This document shows, piece after piece, positions 35,038-45,490 of a DNA stretch of 64,000 nt (positions are counted from its first letter, which is position 1; each line of letters opens with the position of its first letter). Below the pieces are notes generated by a model. It did not search any database. It was not told the DNA's origin and worked only from the letters and a program-made list of their open reading frames with translations. The DNA lies in the NCBI GenBank assembly GCA_016861245.1, contig BOKZ01000001.1, positions 347,382 through 411,381 on the forward strand. The letters run 5' to 3'. Both the position numbers and the translations under genes were made by a program. Origin of the DNA: Patescibacteria group bacterium. Its GTDB lineage: Bacteria > Patescibacteriota > UBA1384 > 2-12-FULL-50-11.

Positions 35038-36240
35038 TTATAGTTGAGGGAGAATTTCCTCAAGTGCCTGGTTAACCGTTTTAACAGCTAACCCGCTTTC
35101 TCTGATTTCGGCTAACTGAGTTGCGAGTACCTCTGGTGTCACGCTGTACGCTGATCCAGAGTAGTCAACGTTGTGGTACATAAGTATCAGCCAAGATTTT
35201 TCTGTCCGGGCTGTGGTTAACCATGATCGGAACTGCTCGATACTGGTGTTAGGAGTTAGGTATTGTGAGCGTAGCCGGTATTGATTGAAATTGGTTTTAG
35301 TATTGAACCCGACATCTGAGGTTCTTTGTGAGCGATAGTACTTTTTTATTTGCGTTGTGGAGGCAGTATTGTACGCGCCATACGGCGCCGCGATATCGCT
35401 CACGACTCCACCGACGTATCGCTCCAAATATAATTTTGATTGCGCTAGCTCACTAACGAGCTTCTTTCTGGTTAAAGTAGTTAGGTCGTAGTGGTTGACG
35501 GTATGCGACGCCACCTGGTGGCCTCTCGAATAAAAAGCTCTAACTTCGGCTAACGACATGTAGCCAGGAGAGCCGATGAAACCGGTAACGATATACTGGG
35601 TACTCTTAATGTTATTTTGTTCAAGGATCGGCAACGCATTTTCGTAGATCGAGTGCCAGCCGTCATCAAAAGTAACACTCACAAGTCCGCGCTCAAATCC
35701 TGAGTTACTTATTGACTCAGGGGTTAACGAAAACGAATCTGTTGTCAACGAACCGATTGTTGAGATTAAGTGAAAAACACTAACCATTTTTGCAGATAGC
35801 GGTGTAGCAAACACATCGCTATATAACGTCCAATTTGAACTCGGTGCTGCAGAGCGCAACTCTGTATAGGTTATTGAGTCATCTTGATGTTGAACCATTA
35901 CCACAACGCGGCTCGTTGTATCGGCGAAGTAATAATCGGAAAACCGGTACAGCTGTCCGCCGATAATTGGTTGTGGCGTAAAATACCATTTGGCGTCGCC
36001 TGAGTTGTAGCGGGTAACTGTGGTGCGCACGGCGTAGCTACCTTGGTGACCTGTGTTTATATACTCGTACTGAGCGTCTAAATCTCCCCAGAGGTATCCA
36101 CGGTGCCAATCGATCGGCGTACTGTTAGTTGAATTCTCGACCGAATTATTCGGGATAAGGTTTTCTTCGGCGTAAGTAGTTGGAACTGTCCAGCCGAGCG
36201 AGAGCACGAAAAGGGCGGTAAAAAAATATCTTCGCATCAC
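35038..36240 (-). CDS. polysaccharide deacetylase (NodB/CE4) with N-terminal carbohydrate-binding-like domain, secreted
   Basis: Signal peptide; CE4 region VTFDDGW, ..H..NH.. motifs. Confidence 0.7.
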   Translation of the reverse strand: MMRRYFFTALFVLSLGWTVPTTYAEENLIPNNSVENSTNSTPIDWHRGYLWGDLDAQYEYINTGHQGSYAVRTTVTRYNSGDAKWYFTPQPIIGGQLYRFSDYYFADTTSRVVVMVQHQDDSITYTELRSAAPSSNWTLYSDVFATPLSAKMVSVFHLISTIGSLTTDSFSLTPESISNSGFERGLVSVTFDDGWHSIYENALPILEQNNIKSTQYIVTGFIGSPGYMSLAEVRAFYSRGHQVASHTVNHYDLTTLTRKKLVSELAQSKLYLERYVGGVVSDIAAPYGAYNTASTTQIKKYYRSQRTSDVGFNTKTNFNQYRLRSQYLTPNTSIEQFRSWLTTARTEKSWLILMYHNVDYSGSAYSVTPEVLATQLAEIRESGLAVKTVNQALEEILPQL

Positions 36241-36278
36241 ATTCCCTGCATACTCCGAGTGTAGGAGTGATGCAAGTG

Positions 36279-37223
36279 CTAGTTGCCTTCAACCTGCGCG
36301 ATATTACCGGTAGCGTGCTTGAATGCGCTGGTGGCAGCGACAGAACCCATAGCGCTAGCAGTTATCACTTGTTTGAAGTGACCAAAAAAGTTAGTAGTGT
36401 CGCCAGCGGCGTATATGCCCTCGACGTTGGTTTCCATCATATTATTAACGCTGATATAACCGTAGTTATCTAACTCAACCCCCATTTTGACTGCTAGTTC
36501 TACTTCCGGAGTGGCGCCGATTTCAATAAAGAGCCCATCGAGCGTTACTTCTTTACCGCTTTTAAGCCTGACGCCGCTTAGTCGCTCTGTTCCTAGGAAC
36601 TCAGCGACTTCTTCGTGAAACAGTACTTCGATTTTGCCGGTGTTGATATGTTCTTTTATCCTCTCGTAATTAACTGGTTCGGCCTTGAAGTGATCGCTAC
36701 GAACAAACGAATAGATTTTATCGGCGTATTGGACTGCGAGGCTCATTCCCTTTACTGCAGCGTCGCCGGCGCCGACGATCCCGATCGTTTTTCCTTTGTA
36801 GAGCGGGCCGTCACAGGTGGTGCAGTAGTGGATGCCTTTTCCGAGCGCTAACTCATCTTCACGAGCTAGTCCTAACTTTTTCCTGGCCGCGCCCATTGTG
36901 AAAATGACAGTTTTGGTGCCAAATGTTTTCCCAGTCTCGGTCGTAAGCTCAAACGTCGAACCGGATTTTTTGATATCGGTAACGCGATCGGCGACAATCT
37001 CAACGCCTATTTTTTCAACCTGATCGCGCATTTTAACAACAAGATCGTAGCCGTCGATCGATTCGTATCCTGGATAGTTCTCGATAATCCACGCCGAGGC
37101 GGTAGCGCCGCCGAGCATGTCGCCAATTATAATCGTCGAAAGCTCGTAGCGAGCCGCGTACAACGCTGCGCTTAACCCCGCTACACCCGAACCAATAATT
37201 ATAGTATCAACCTGTTTTTCCAT
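36279..37223 (-). CDS. trxB: thioredoxin-disulfide reductase
   Basis: DTIIIGSGVAG FAD site, redox CTTCDG, NADPH GIVGAGDAA; start taken at MEKQ ATG. Confidence 0.88.
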   Translation of the reverse strand: MEKQVDTIIIGSGVAGLSAALYAARYELSTIIIGDMLGGATASAWIIENYPGYESIDGYDLVVKMRDQVEKIGVEIVADRVTDIKKSGSTFELTTETGKTFGTKTVIFTMGAARKKLGLAREDELALGKGIHYCTTCDGPLYKGKTIGIVGAGDAAVKGMSLAVQYADKIYSFVRSDHFKAEPVNYERIKEHINTGKIEVLFHEEVAEFLGTERLSGVRLKSGKEVTLDGLFIEIGATPEVELAVKMGVELDNYGYISVNNMMETNVEGIYAAGDTTNFFGHFKQVITASAMGSVAATSAFKHATGNIAQVEGN

Positions 37224-37317
37224 TTCGTACTTTCGAACGTACCGGGTTTTGGCCGAAGCGGCAACCCTTGAAAGTTGCTTCATTTTGGATTACGGCTTGC
37301 TACAATGTTGATACAAG

Positions 37318-37821
37318 ATGATGAAAGCTCTGCGAAATACCGTTTTTACTGTAGTGGCGCTTGGGTTAACGACGCTCGGGCTTTACTGGAATAAAGAAAT
37401 TGCCCGTCAGCACGATCCAGTTGCGATCGGTCGCTCGGTTTTAGCGTCGCAATCGCTTGGCACCGACGAACAGGTTTTCCCGCTCTCTATCTCGTTTTCC
37501 CGACCAGTAATGAAACTTGGTCAGGTTCAAGAAATGACGATTAAGACCGTCCCGTTCGCTGAGCTCGATATCGTTACTACATATCCTGATGGCACGATCG
37601 ATAATCCACAAACAACTCACGCCAAAGCTGACGCTGATGGCAACTACACAATGAAATACAAGCTTAGCGACTTTAGCTACTTGGGTGTTATTAAGACAGC
37701 GGTTGTAGCGACATCGAATACAAAAACTTCGGAAGCGGCCCAAGTATTTGCGCTGCAGCCGTGGTCAGCGGATACAAGTGATCAGGGGGATGATCGGTAC
37801 GTCCACCCTCTGGTTCCATGA
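37318..37821 (+). CDS. hypothetical secreted protein (167 aa)
   Basis: Signal-anchor N-terminus; 4-nt overlap with downstream yvcK-like gene. Confidence 0.45.
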   Translation: MMKALRNTVFTVVALGLTTLGLYWNKEIARQHDPVAIGRSVLASQSLGTDEQVFPLSISFSRPVMKLGQVQEMTIKTVPFAELDIVTTYPDGTIDNPQTTHAKADADGNYTMKYKLSDFSYLGVIKTAVVATSNTKTSEAAQVFALQPWSADTSDQGDDRYVHPLVP

Positions 37822-38783
37822 CAGAGAAACCAAAAGTAGTTGCTATCGGTGGCGGAAGCGGACTCTCAACGCTTTTACGGGGCTTAAAGCATTTTCCAAT
37901 TAGTTTATCCGGTATCGTCACAATGACCGACAACGGCAAATCGAGCGGTCGGCTGAGTCGTGAGATGGGCGTGCTACCGCCCGGTGACGTCCGCAAGTGT
38001 TTAGCGGCGCTTTCAAACGACGAACAGTTGCTGACAAAACTGTTTGAGTATCGCTTTAATAAAGGACGGGGGCTGAGCGGTCACTCGCTTGGTAATTTAC
38101 TGTTAATCGCGTTAGCTGATATCACTGGGGATTTTGAGTCGGCTGTCCGAGCCAGTAGTAAAATTCTCGCGATCAAAGGCGAGGTTATCCCATCGACGCT
38201 CGAGCACGTCAGCTTGATTAGTGAGCTAAAGAATGGGCAACAGGCGCTCGGTGAAGTTGATACCGCAATCCAAGGACATAGGTTTGGGATAAAACGAGTT
38301 TCGATCATACCCGAAGACGCCCACGCTCACCCAACTGCTTTACACTTCATTAAAAACGCCGATTTGATTGTCGTCGGACCGGGTAGCTTTTACACGAGTA
38401 TTGTTCCCAATTTTTTAATTAAAGATTTGCGCACTGCCTTTGAAGAATCGTCTGCTCGAAAAATTTACGTATGTAACGCATCGACCGAGCGCGGCGAAAC
38501 TGAGGGGTATAGCGTTGACGATCACATCACTAAACTTCGTGAGTACGTGAACGGCACTCGGTTTGACGCAGCTCTAGTTAATTCAAGAATTGTTGAGAGT
38601 AGCGGCCAAGAGGGGAAGCTGGGTACGATCAGGAATATCACTACGAATAAAACTGAAATCGCTGATATTCCGATTGTGCTTGCGGATTTAATCGACGAAC
38701 ACTCGCCGCTATACCACGATGCGCGCAAACTCGCCAACGCAATTTGGCAGATATTTACCGGCGAGGCTACTTTGTCTCAATAA
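37818..38783 (+). CDS. YvcK/CofD-family (UPF0052) gluconeogenesis-factor-like protein
   Basis: VVAIGGGSGLSTLLRGLK.. and TMTDNGKSSGRL motifs. Confidence 0.8.
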   Translation: MTEKPKVVAIGGGSGLSTLLRGLKHFPISLSGIVTMTDNGKSSGRLSREMGVLPPGDVRKCLAALSNDEQLLTKLFEYRFNKGRGLSGHSLGNLLLIALADITGDFESAVRASSKILAIKGEVIPSTLEHVSLISELKNGQQALGEVDTAIQGHRFGIKRVSIIPEDAHAHPTALHFIKNADLIVVGPGSFYTSIVPNFLIKDLRTAFEESSARKIYVCNASTERGETEGYSVDDHITKLREYVNGTRFDAALVNSRIVESSGQEGKLGTIRNITTNKTEIADIPIVLADLIDEHSPLYHDARKLANAIWQIFTGEATLSQ

Positions 38784-39615
38784 TTTTGCCGTTTTCGGCG
38801 TCGTATTGATACGTAAGTCCAAGCGGACTAACGGGAATACCGTCCAGCAATTTTGTGGATATTAGTTCGTTTAGTGTTTTAGGCAACCGGTTATACCGCT
38901 GCTTAAATTCAGCGATTTTTGCGTCGAGCAAAAAAATCCCTTCGAGGTGGGCGAGATACTTAGCAGTTCGCTCCTTGATAAAACTATCGCGCGTGCCGTC
39001 GTAGACAGTTTTAAACAAGGCATAAGCGGTTTGGCGTTGATCGCCTTTATTGTAATAGATAGCGGCTAAGTATTTGGCGTTCTCAGGCGCGTTCGGTAAC
39101 TTGGCAGCGTTTTCGAAGTATCTACCGGCGGTGAGGTAATCTTTTTTATAGATGTGGTAAACGATGCCAGTGTAATATGGCATTTCCCAACGATCGGGTA
39201 AATTTTTAATCCCTTTCTCACCGAGCGCGATTGCTTCGTTAACAAAACCCTCGCCTGGTAGTATTAAGAGCCCAGTTTGATAAGCGGCGGTAAATTTTGG
39301 CGAAAGATCTGTGATGGTGGTGAACAGTTCTGCTAGTTTACGATACTTACCGTTCGGGTCGCCGCCGCCGTAATACTGGATTAGTTTAAGCCAGTACAAA
39401 TCGGCGACAAACTCCTTAGCGCCGAAACTAATCGCCTTAGAGCTTTCGGCCGAAAGCGGTTGGGGCTCGATATACAGGTTATAAGTGGTTTTAATCTTGG
39501 GCGCTGAGTAGCGACGCCAGACGTCGTAGTTGATTTGCGCAACGTACGAGAAAAGCAGTAGCGCGATCGGTAGTAGCCAAGATATCCGCTCGAACTGTAG
39601 TTGTTTAAAACTCAT
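38767..39615 (-). CDS. membrane-anchored helical-repeat (TPR-like) protein
   Basis: N-terminal TM then repeated aromatic-rich helices; co-operonic with ABC exporter genes. Confidence 0.45.
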   Translation of the reverse strand: MSFKQLQFERISWLLPIALLLFSYVAQINYDVWRRYSAPKIKTTYNLYIEPQPLSAESSKAISFGAKEFVADLYWLKLIQYYGGGDPNGKYRKLAELFTTITDLSPKFTAAYQTGLLILPGEGFVNEAIALGEKGIKNLPDRWEMPYYTGIVYHIYKKDYLTAGRYFENAAKLPNAPENAKYLAAIYYNKGDQRQTAYALFKTVYDGTRDSFIKERTAKYLAHLEGIFLLDAKIAEFKQRYNRLPKTLNELISTKLLDGIPVSPLGLTYQYDAENGKIIETK

Positions 39616-40378
39616 CCCGGCGAAAAATCGCTAAGCCAGCAAGTAAAACGGCAGCGGTGTAAGCGATAAAATACGCAACGACTAGTAATACTTGCTGGAG
39701 ATCCGGCTGAAAGTTGTAGACGATTTCGTTGCGCAAATTAAATTTCTCGAGGTTTGGGAACAGATAGTAAACCATCTCCAAGACATATCGCAGAATGCCT
39801 TGGGATTTCTGGCTAAGAATCCAAATGGTTGTTGCTGAGTGGCCAATAAGTACAATCCCAAACGTATAAACGGCGCTGGCTAATGCGCTGGTGAAGCTGC
39901 TAAATAATAACCCTACAGCCGTTAATAACCATGCCTCCAAAATAACGAAACTAGTCGCCCAAATCACTGGCGTAGAGAATTGTCCTGTTTTCCAGCGCAA
40001 GACCGCTAGGAAGACAACCCCCATCACTAAAGCGCAGACTGCTATCGTTAGGCAAAGCCCGATATATTTCCCGAGATAAAACGATTCGCGGGTTAACGGT
40101 TTTGAGAGCGTCAGATAGATTGTTTTTCGTTCGACTTCTCGGTAGACAAGCTGGGTGCCGATAAAAATAGTGATAATTAATAAAAACACGAGAAGCGCAG
40201 TTATGCCGAAGTTCTGGATAACCCGGGCGTCTTGTCCGAGCGACACCGAACCTGCCAACAGGCTTGCAGCGATCGTTAACACTGCGAAACCGAGGAGCGA
40301 ATAAAGAAGCTTGTCGCGAACAGTTTCGCGAAATGTGTTTATGGCGATACTTTTGATTATCGATCCGTTGAGTTTCAT
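39605..40378 (-). CDS. ABC-2 type transporter permease
   Basis: 6 TM helices, overlaps ATPase gene by 4 nt. Confidence 0.65.
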   Translation of the reverse strand: MKLNGSIIKSIAINTFRETVRDKLLYSLLGFAVLTIAASLLAGSVSLGQDARVIQNFGITALLVFLLIITIFIGTQLVYREVERKTIYLTLSKPLTRESFYLGKYIGLCLTIAVCALVMGVVFLAVLRWKTGQFSTPVIWATSFVILEAWLLTAVGLLFSSFTSALASAVYTFGIVLIGHSATTIWILSQKSQGILRYVLEMVYYLFPNLEKFNLRNEIVYNFQPDLQQVLLVVAYFIAYTAAVLLAGLAIFRRDEF

Positions 40379-41121
40379 TGCTTTTGAACTGTGCTAACGA
40401 AATATTCTTCGAGCGTTGGGTAGGTGCCGCGTAGCTTTTGAGGAGTCCCCTGTTTAACGATCTGCCCTTTGTTAATTATTGCCACTTCGTCGCAGATCTC
40501 TTCAACATCTGAGAGGATATGGGAACTAAGAAATATTGTAGTACCTAGTTTTTTTTGCTCGAGAAATAGTCGTTTAAAATCGAGGCGTCCAAGTGGGTCA
40601 AGGCCGTCAAGCGGTTCGTCCATAATGAGTAGTTTTGGATCGTTCATCAGTGCGACAGCAAAGGCGAGTCGCTGGTGCATCCCTTTAGAGAATCGTCGAA
40701 CTACAGTATTCTCGGCGTCGGCTAGCCCGACTTGCCGTAATAAATTTTTGGCTTTTGTTTCTACGGTTTTTGGGTCAAGCTCGAAGAGCTCTCCAACAAA
40801 TAGCAACACTTCGCGCGCACTCAGGTGGTGGTAAAACTGAGGCTGCTCAGGCATAAATCCGATTAGCCGCTTAGCTTTAATTGAGCTATGCGGCAGATTG
40901 TCGATCATTATCGTTCCGCTGTCAGCAAAGAGTAAATCGACAATCACTTTAATGGTTGTGGTTTTACCGGCGCCGTTAGCGCCAAGAAACCCAAATATTT
41001 TACCTCTCGGTACTTCTAGCGAAATATTATGAAGAACTGGTACGGTTTCGCGACGAAATTGGTAGGCTTTCACAAGCTTGTCTATTTTCAACATTTGTCT
41101 GAACCCATAATATGGGTTCAA
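40375..41121 (-). CDS. ABC transporter ATP-binding protein
   Basis: Walker A GANGAGKTT, signature LSKGMHQRL, Walker B LLIMDEP. Confidence 0.9.
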   Translation of the reverse strand: MNPYYGFRQMLKIDKLVKAYQFRRETVPVLHNISLEVPRGKIFGFLGANGAGKTTTIKVIVDLLFADSGTIMIDNLPHSSIKAKRLIGFMPEQPQFYHHLSAREVLLFVGELFELDPKTVETKAKNLLRQVGLADAENTVVRRFSKGMHQRLAFAVALMNDPKLLIMDEPLDGLDPLGRLDFKRLFLEQKKLGTTIFLSSHILSDVEEICDEVAIINKGQIVKQGTPQKLRGTYPTLEEYFVSTVQKQ

Positions 41122-41897
41122 TGGAAATACGCAAGAGAGTTATCGCTGTTGTCGGACCGACCGGTTCTGGTAAGACGGCGCTCGCTGTGAAGTTGGCAAA
41201 GAACTACGACGGAGTGCTACTTTCTGCCGACTCCCGGCAGGTTTACAGAGGTCTCAATATCGGCACAAATAAAGAGGGTGAACCGTGCGACTGGCGTGGG
41301 TACAGCGCCGTGTGCATCGACGGGATCCCGCAGCTACTAATTGATTGCGCTGAGCCGGGCACGCGTTTTACTGTTGCTGATTGGTTGGAAAGCGCCAACA
41401 CGGCGATCGAGCAGATTTGGGAGTCAAACTTGCTACCTATTGTCGTCGGGGGAACTGGTTTGTACGTTAGTGCGCTGCTCGATGGCTACGAGCTCGGTGG
41501 AGGGCGTAATTCAAAGAAAAGAAAATCGGTGGAATTCGAACAATTAACGCTCTATATCGACAAAGATCGTGAGTGGCTGTACCGAAAATCTGATCAGCGG
41601 TTTGAGCGTATATTTAACGAATTGGTAATCGAAACACAGGAGTTACTAAATCGCGGAGTAAGCGCTGACTGGCTGTTTGATATCGGATTAGATTACCGGT
41701 TTGCGACGCAGTATATTACCGGAGCGATGAATCGTGAGCTGGCGATCGACCAGTTCCAGCGGTCAAGTCGAGCCTATATCCGTCGGCAACTCACCTGGTG
41801 GCGGCATCACGGCGTCTTAGTTAAGTGCTCGACTGACGAACAAGCGGACAAGGCGGTGGATAAATTCTTGAATCACCGAGAAAAAAACGTAAAGTAG
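41112..41897 (+). CDS. miaA: tRNA dimethylallyltransferase MiaA
   Basis: P-loop VVGPTGSGKT, DSRQVYRGLNIGT motif. Confidence 0.88.
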   Translation: MGSMEIRKRVIAVVGPTGSGKTALAVKLAKNYDGVLLSADSRQVYRGLNIGTNKEGEPCDWRGYSAVCIDGIPQLLIDCAEPGTRFTVADWLESANTAIEQIWESNLLPIVVGGTGLYVSALLDGYELGGGRNSKKRKSVEFEQLTLYIDKDREWLYRKSDQRFERIFNELVIETQELLNRGVSADWLFDIGLDYRFATQYITGAMNRELAIDQFQRSSRAYIRRQLTWWRHHGVLVKCSTDEQADKAVDKFLNHREKNVK

Positions 41898-41921
41898 TGG
41901 TATGTGTGAGGGGAAAAATTA

Positions 41922-42572
41922 ATGAAGTGTCCGCTGTGCGACAGCGACTCCGAGCCGGTTGTACTACGAAGTAGCGGCGCTCGAACTGTTGAAGCCAAGC
42001 GATGCACGCAGTGCAACGGTTTTTGGTTTCCGCGTCCGCTTAGCGATCGTTTAGATATAACAAGTGTTCAACAGTTCGAAACTGGTGCCCCAAACTACTC
42101 AGTACAAGCTTCGGATGTTGTTTGTCCGAATGATAACACTCTACTTGAACGATCGGACCACGATTTAAATCCGCATTCCGGACAGTATTGGAGTTGCCCC
42201 GATTGTAACGGACAATTTTTCCCGCGCGGTCAACTAGCACTGTATACTCAGTGGCAAATCGATAATCAGCCAGGCACTCCAGCAGCGATAGGCGCGATGA
42301 CTCGAACCCAGGCAACCACAGGCATCCTTTCGATTAGTGGGCTCTTTGTAATGGTGATGGCGTCGCTTAGTAACTTGAATTACCAGGCAGCCAGTACCCA
42401 AACATTACCGTCCACCGGCCCGAACGTGCTGACATTACTTCTTTTGGCTGTCACTTATCTGGCAGGAACAATCCTGGCGGTACTTGGACGGAAATTACCT
42501 GTTATTCTACTCGGGTGGGGCGTGATAGCGATCTGTTTGGTTGGTTTCTCGGTTATTATATTTGGCCCGTAG
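41922..42572 (+). CDS. double zinc-ribbon protein with C-terminal TM helices
   Basis: Two CxxC..CxxC units (CPLCDS..CTQCNG; CPND..CPDCNG) then two hydrophobic helices. Confidence 0.5.
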   Translation: MKCPLCDSDSEPVVLRSSGARTVEAKRCTQCNGFWFPRPLSDRLDITSVQQFETGAPNYSVQASDVVCPNDNTLLERSDHDLNPHSGQYWSCPDCNGQFFPRGQLALYTQWQIDNQPGTPAAIGAMTRTQATTGILSISGLFVMVMASLSNLNYQAASTQTLPSTGPNVLTLLLLAVTYLAGTILAVLGRKLPVILLGWGVIAICLVGFSVIIFGP

Positions 42573-42575
42573 CCG

Positions 42576-44072
42576 ATGGCGCTCTCAACCCTCCGTTCTG
42601 CGACAGTAGATGGGGTTGACGGCCTGGCAGTTCGAGTCGAAGTTGACGTCGCTCAAGGATTGCCGAGCTTTACGATCGTTGGTCTTGCCGATAAATCTGT
42701 CGACGAGAGTAAGGAACGTATTCGCTCAGCGCTTAAGCACAGCGGGTATAAGCTACCGATCGCTCGAGTTACTGTTCATCTAGCGCCGTCGGCGGTGAAG
42801 AAAAGCGGCGTTCACTTTGATCTACCGATCGCATTAGCGGTATTAGCTGCCGACGAACAGATCGCCAAAAGCGAGCGTTGGGAAAAGACGTTGCTGCTCG
42901 GAGGGTTGCAGCTTGATGGTCGCATTCAGCCAGTTTTTGGGGCGCTGATATTAACTGATTGGGCAGCAAGAAACGGGTTTGAGAACGTTGTACTACCGCT
43001 AGAGAACTACGCCGAAGCATCATTAATTAAAAGTATTAATGTCATTCCAGTTGAAACGTTTAAAGATGTAATTGCGTATTTTGATGGGATCGAAACACCA
43101 ATCCCCACTATTAAACATGCGACTATTAACCAGCACGATGACGATTGGCTACAAGTTAGGGGTCAGTCACAAGCGAAACGGGCGGCAGTGATTGCAGCTG
43201 CCGGTAATCACAATATTCTTTTACATGGTGAGCCTGGTGCTGGTAAAACTTTGCTAGCGCGAGGCATCCGAGCACTGTTGCCGCCGCTGAACATCGATGA
43301 GCAAATTGAAATGCTAAAAATTCACGGATTACAAACAAAACGTAACTACGATCGTCTAACAATTGAGCGACCGTTTCGCAACCCACACCACTCCGCTAGC
43401 CCTGTCGCGGTTGTCGGCGGCGGCTCGCCACCGCATCCGGGCGAAATCTCGTATGCGCATCGAGGAGTGTTGTTTTTTGATGAGTTGCCGGAGTTCCCCC
43501 GTTCCATTCTTGAATCGTTACGACAACCGCTCGAAGATGGGGTAATCACAGTTGCCAGAGCTGAGGGGTCGGTCCGGTATCCGGCAGAGTTTTTATTCGT
43601 TGCGACGATGAATCCCTGCCCCTGCGGGTGGTTTGGGTCTGAAAAGAGAGAGTGTCAGTGCTCACCTCAACAGATTCAAAAATATCAGAAGAAAGTAAGC
43701 GGGCCGATCGTTGATCGTATCGATATCTCGATGCGACTCCCTTCGATGACTTACGACGAGCTCCGTACAGAAAAAGACGGGCGTAGTGAGTTGGGGCAAA
43801 TTCGCTCGCTCATTACTAAAACACGTCAACTGCAGATTAAGAGAAACGGCTGCCTTAATAGTCGGATTCCGCCGAAAGCGTTACATACTATTTGCGTGAT
43901 CGACGAAAAGGCGGAGCAAATTCTAAAAAAAGCGGTCGAGGTGTACGGCTTAAGCGGTCGAGGTGTTCATAAAGTGCTGAAAGTCTCAAGAACTATCGCC
44001 GATCTCTCGGGACACGAGGTTATTACTAGTCCGCATGTCTCGGAAGCGCTTCAATATCGCTTTGAAGCGTAA
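42576..44072 (+). CDS. comM: Mg-chelatase-like AAA+ protein ComM/YifB
   Basis: 498 aa; ChlI-type Walker A GEPGAGKT, Walker B, sensor motifs; N-terminal Lon-like domain. Confidence 0.9.
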   Translation: MALSTLRSATVDGVDGLAVRVEVDVAQGLPSFTIVGLADKSVDESKERIRSALKHSGYKLPIARVTVHLAPSAVKKSGVHFDLPIALAVLAADEQIAKSERWEKTLLLGGLQLDGRIQPVFGALILTDWAARNGFENVVLPLENYAEASLIKSINVIPVETFKDVIAYFDGIETPIPTIKHATINQHDDDWLQVRGQSQAKRAAVIAAAGNHNILLHGEPGAGKTLLARGIRALLPPLNIDEQIEMLKIHGLQTKRNYDRLTIERPFRNPHHSASPVAVVGGGSPPHPGEISYAHRGVLFFDELPEFPRSILESLRQPLEDGVITVARAEGSVRYPAEFLFVATMNPCPCGWFGSEKRECQCSPQQIQKYQKKVSGPIVDRIDISMRLPSMTYDELRTEKDGRSELGQIRSLITKTRQLQIKRNGCLNSRIPPKALHTICVIDEKAEQILKKAVEVYGLSGRGVHKVLKVSRTIADLSGHEVITSPHVSEALQYRFEA

Positions 44073-44113
44073 CTTGCCTACAGCTGCTTCTGTACTATGA
44101 TGAATGGGAGGGG

Positions 44114-45490
44114 ATGAAACTAAAAAACCGTCGGGCGTTCACAATATTGGAAATCGTTATCGACACGTTTATTATTACGGCCGTCTTCGGTGTATTGGTA
44201 ACAAGTTTTATCCTGGTACTAAATGTAGTTGGTGCCGGTAAGGCCAGGACTGCTGCGACGCTGTTGGCAAACGAGCAGATGGAGACGCTGCGCAACTTAC
44301 CGTACAACGATTTGGCAACGCAAAACGGAACGATTTTACCGCAAGGCGATATCCCAGACACCCAAACTGTTAATCGAAGCGGGTTAGACTTTACCCTCTC
44401 AACTACTATTATCACAATTGACGATCCGTACGACGGTTGCGCAATTCCTGCTGGTGCCGGAGTATACGAGTGTACCGACGGGCAGACCTCAACACAGCAA
44501 GACACGGTGCCAGTCGATTATAAGCGAATACAGATTACAGTTACTCAGCTCAATAACCCAACCGTACTCGCGACGCTTGCGAGTAACGCCGCGGCAAAAG
44601 CAGCCGAAACACCTTCAAACACAGGTATGTTGCTGGTTTGCATTAACGACTCACAAGGTCTAGCTGTCCCTAGCGCGACTGTAACCATAACAAATACGGT
44701 ATTGGGTGTGAACGTTCAAGGTGTAACAAATAACCAGGGATGTGTGTTTGTGGCTAACGTACCGCCTGATAACCAGAACGGATATCACATTGTAGTTACT
44801 AAAGACGGTTATTCGAGTGATTTTACGACGCCACGTACCGCTCAAAACCCCAATCAAGTTCAGCCGGACGTCGATATTAACCAACAGCAAATTACTATCC
44901 AGAACTTAGCGATCGATTACTTAGCTAATATGGCCGTAACCGTTGTCAATGAGCTAAACCAGCCGGTAAGCGGCATACAAGTTACGGCAACAAGCACAAA
45001 AATAACGCAATTTAATCCTGAACTACCGAAAAACACCTACAACCAAACAACCAACGCCAGCGGCATTGCAACGTTCAATAATATCGAGTGGGATAGCTAC
45101 GCGTTAAGCGTTCCGTCTGGCTACACTATTCTTACTACCAGCCCGTATCAAGCCGTGTCGGTGGTGCCAAGCGCAACGACTAACGTCGCCATTACCGCTA
45201 CCACCGCCAGTAGCTGGCCGATTATCTCAACCGTTAGCCCGACCTCTGGCGTAGCGGGGAGTACGGTTGAGATTGTGATCGAGGGAGATAACTTTCCAAG
45301 TAGCGCAACAGTTAAATTAGTTCGAAGCGGTTATGCCGACATAATTCCAACTACAACTAATGTGGCGGCGAATCAGAAAACTATCACCTTTACCCTCAAT
45401 TTAATTGGCGCGGCTACGGGGCCATGGGATATTGTTGTCGATGCCGCTGGCAAGATCATTACGCAGGTCGGCGGCTTTACCGTTTCCTGA
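44114..45490 (+). CDS. type IV pilin-like protein (prepilin-type N-terminus) with large extracellular beta-rich domain
   Basis: MKLKNRRAFTILEIVIDTFIIT.. class-III signal-like N-terminus; C-terminal Ig/TIG-like repeats. Confidence 0.65.
   Translation: MKLKNRRAFTILEIVIDTFIITAVFGVLVTSFILVLNVVGAGKARTAATLLANEQMETLRNLPYNDLATQNGTILPQGDIPDTQTVNRSGLDFTLSTTIITIDDPYDGCAIPAGAGVYECTDGQTSTQQDTVPVDYKRIQITVTQLNNPTVLATLASNAAAKAAETPSNTGMLLVCINDSQGLAVPSATVTITNTVLGVNVQGVTNNQGCVFVANVPPDNQNGYHIVVTKDGYSSDFTTPRTAQNPNQVQPDVDINQQQITIQNLAIDYLANMAVTVVNELNQPVSGIQVTATSTKITQFNPELPKNTYNQTTNASGIATFNNIEWDSYALSVPSGYTILTTSPYQAVSVVPSATTNVAITATTASSWPIISTVSPTSGVAGSTVEIVIEGDNFPSSATVKLVRSGYADIIPTTTNVAANQKTITFTLNLIGAATGPWDIVVDAAGKIITQVGGFTVS

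Noticed and set aside
37441-37996. Antisense ORFs (100-101 aa) within the secreted protein / yvcK region
   Set aside because: Overlap better-supported + strand genes; no signals.
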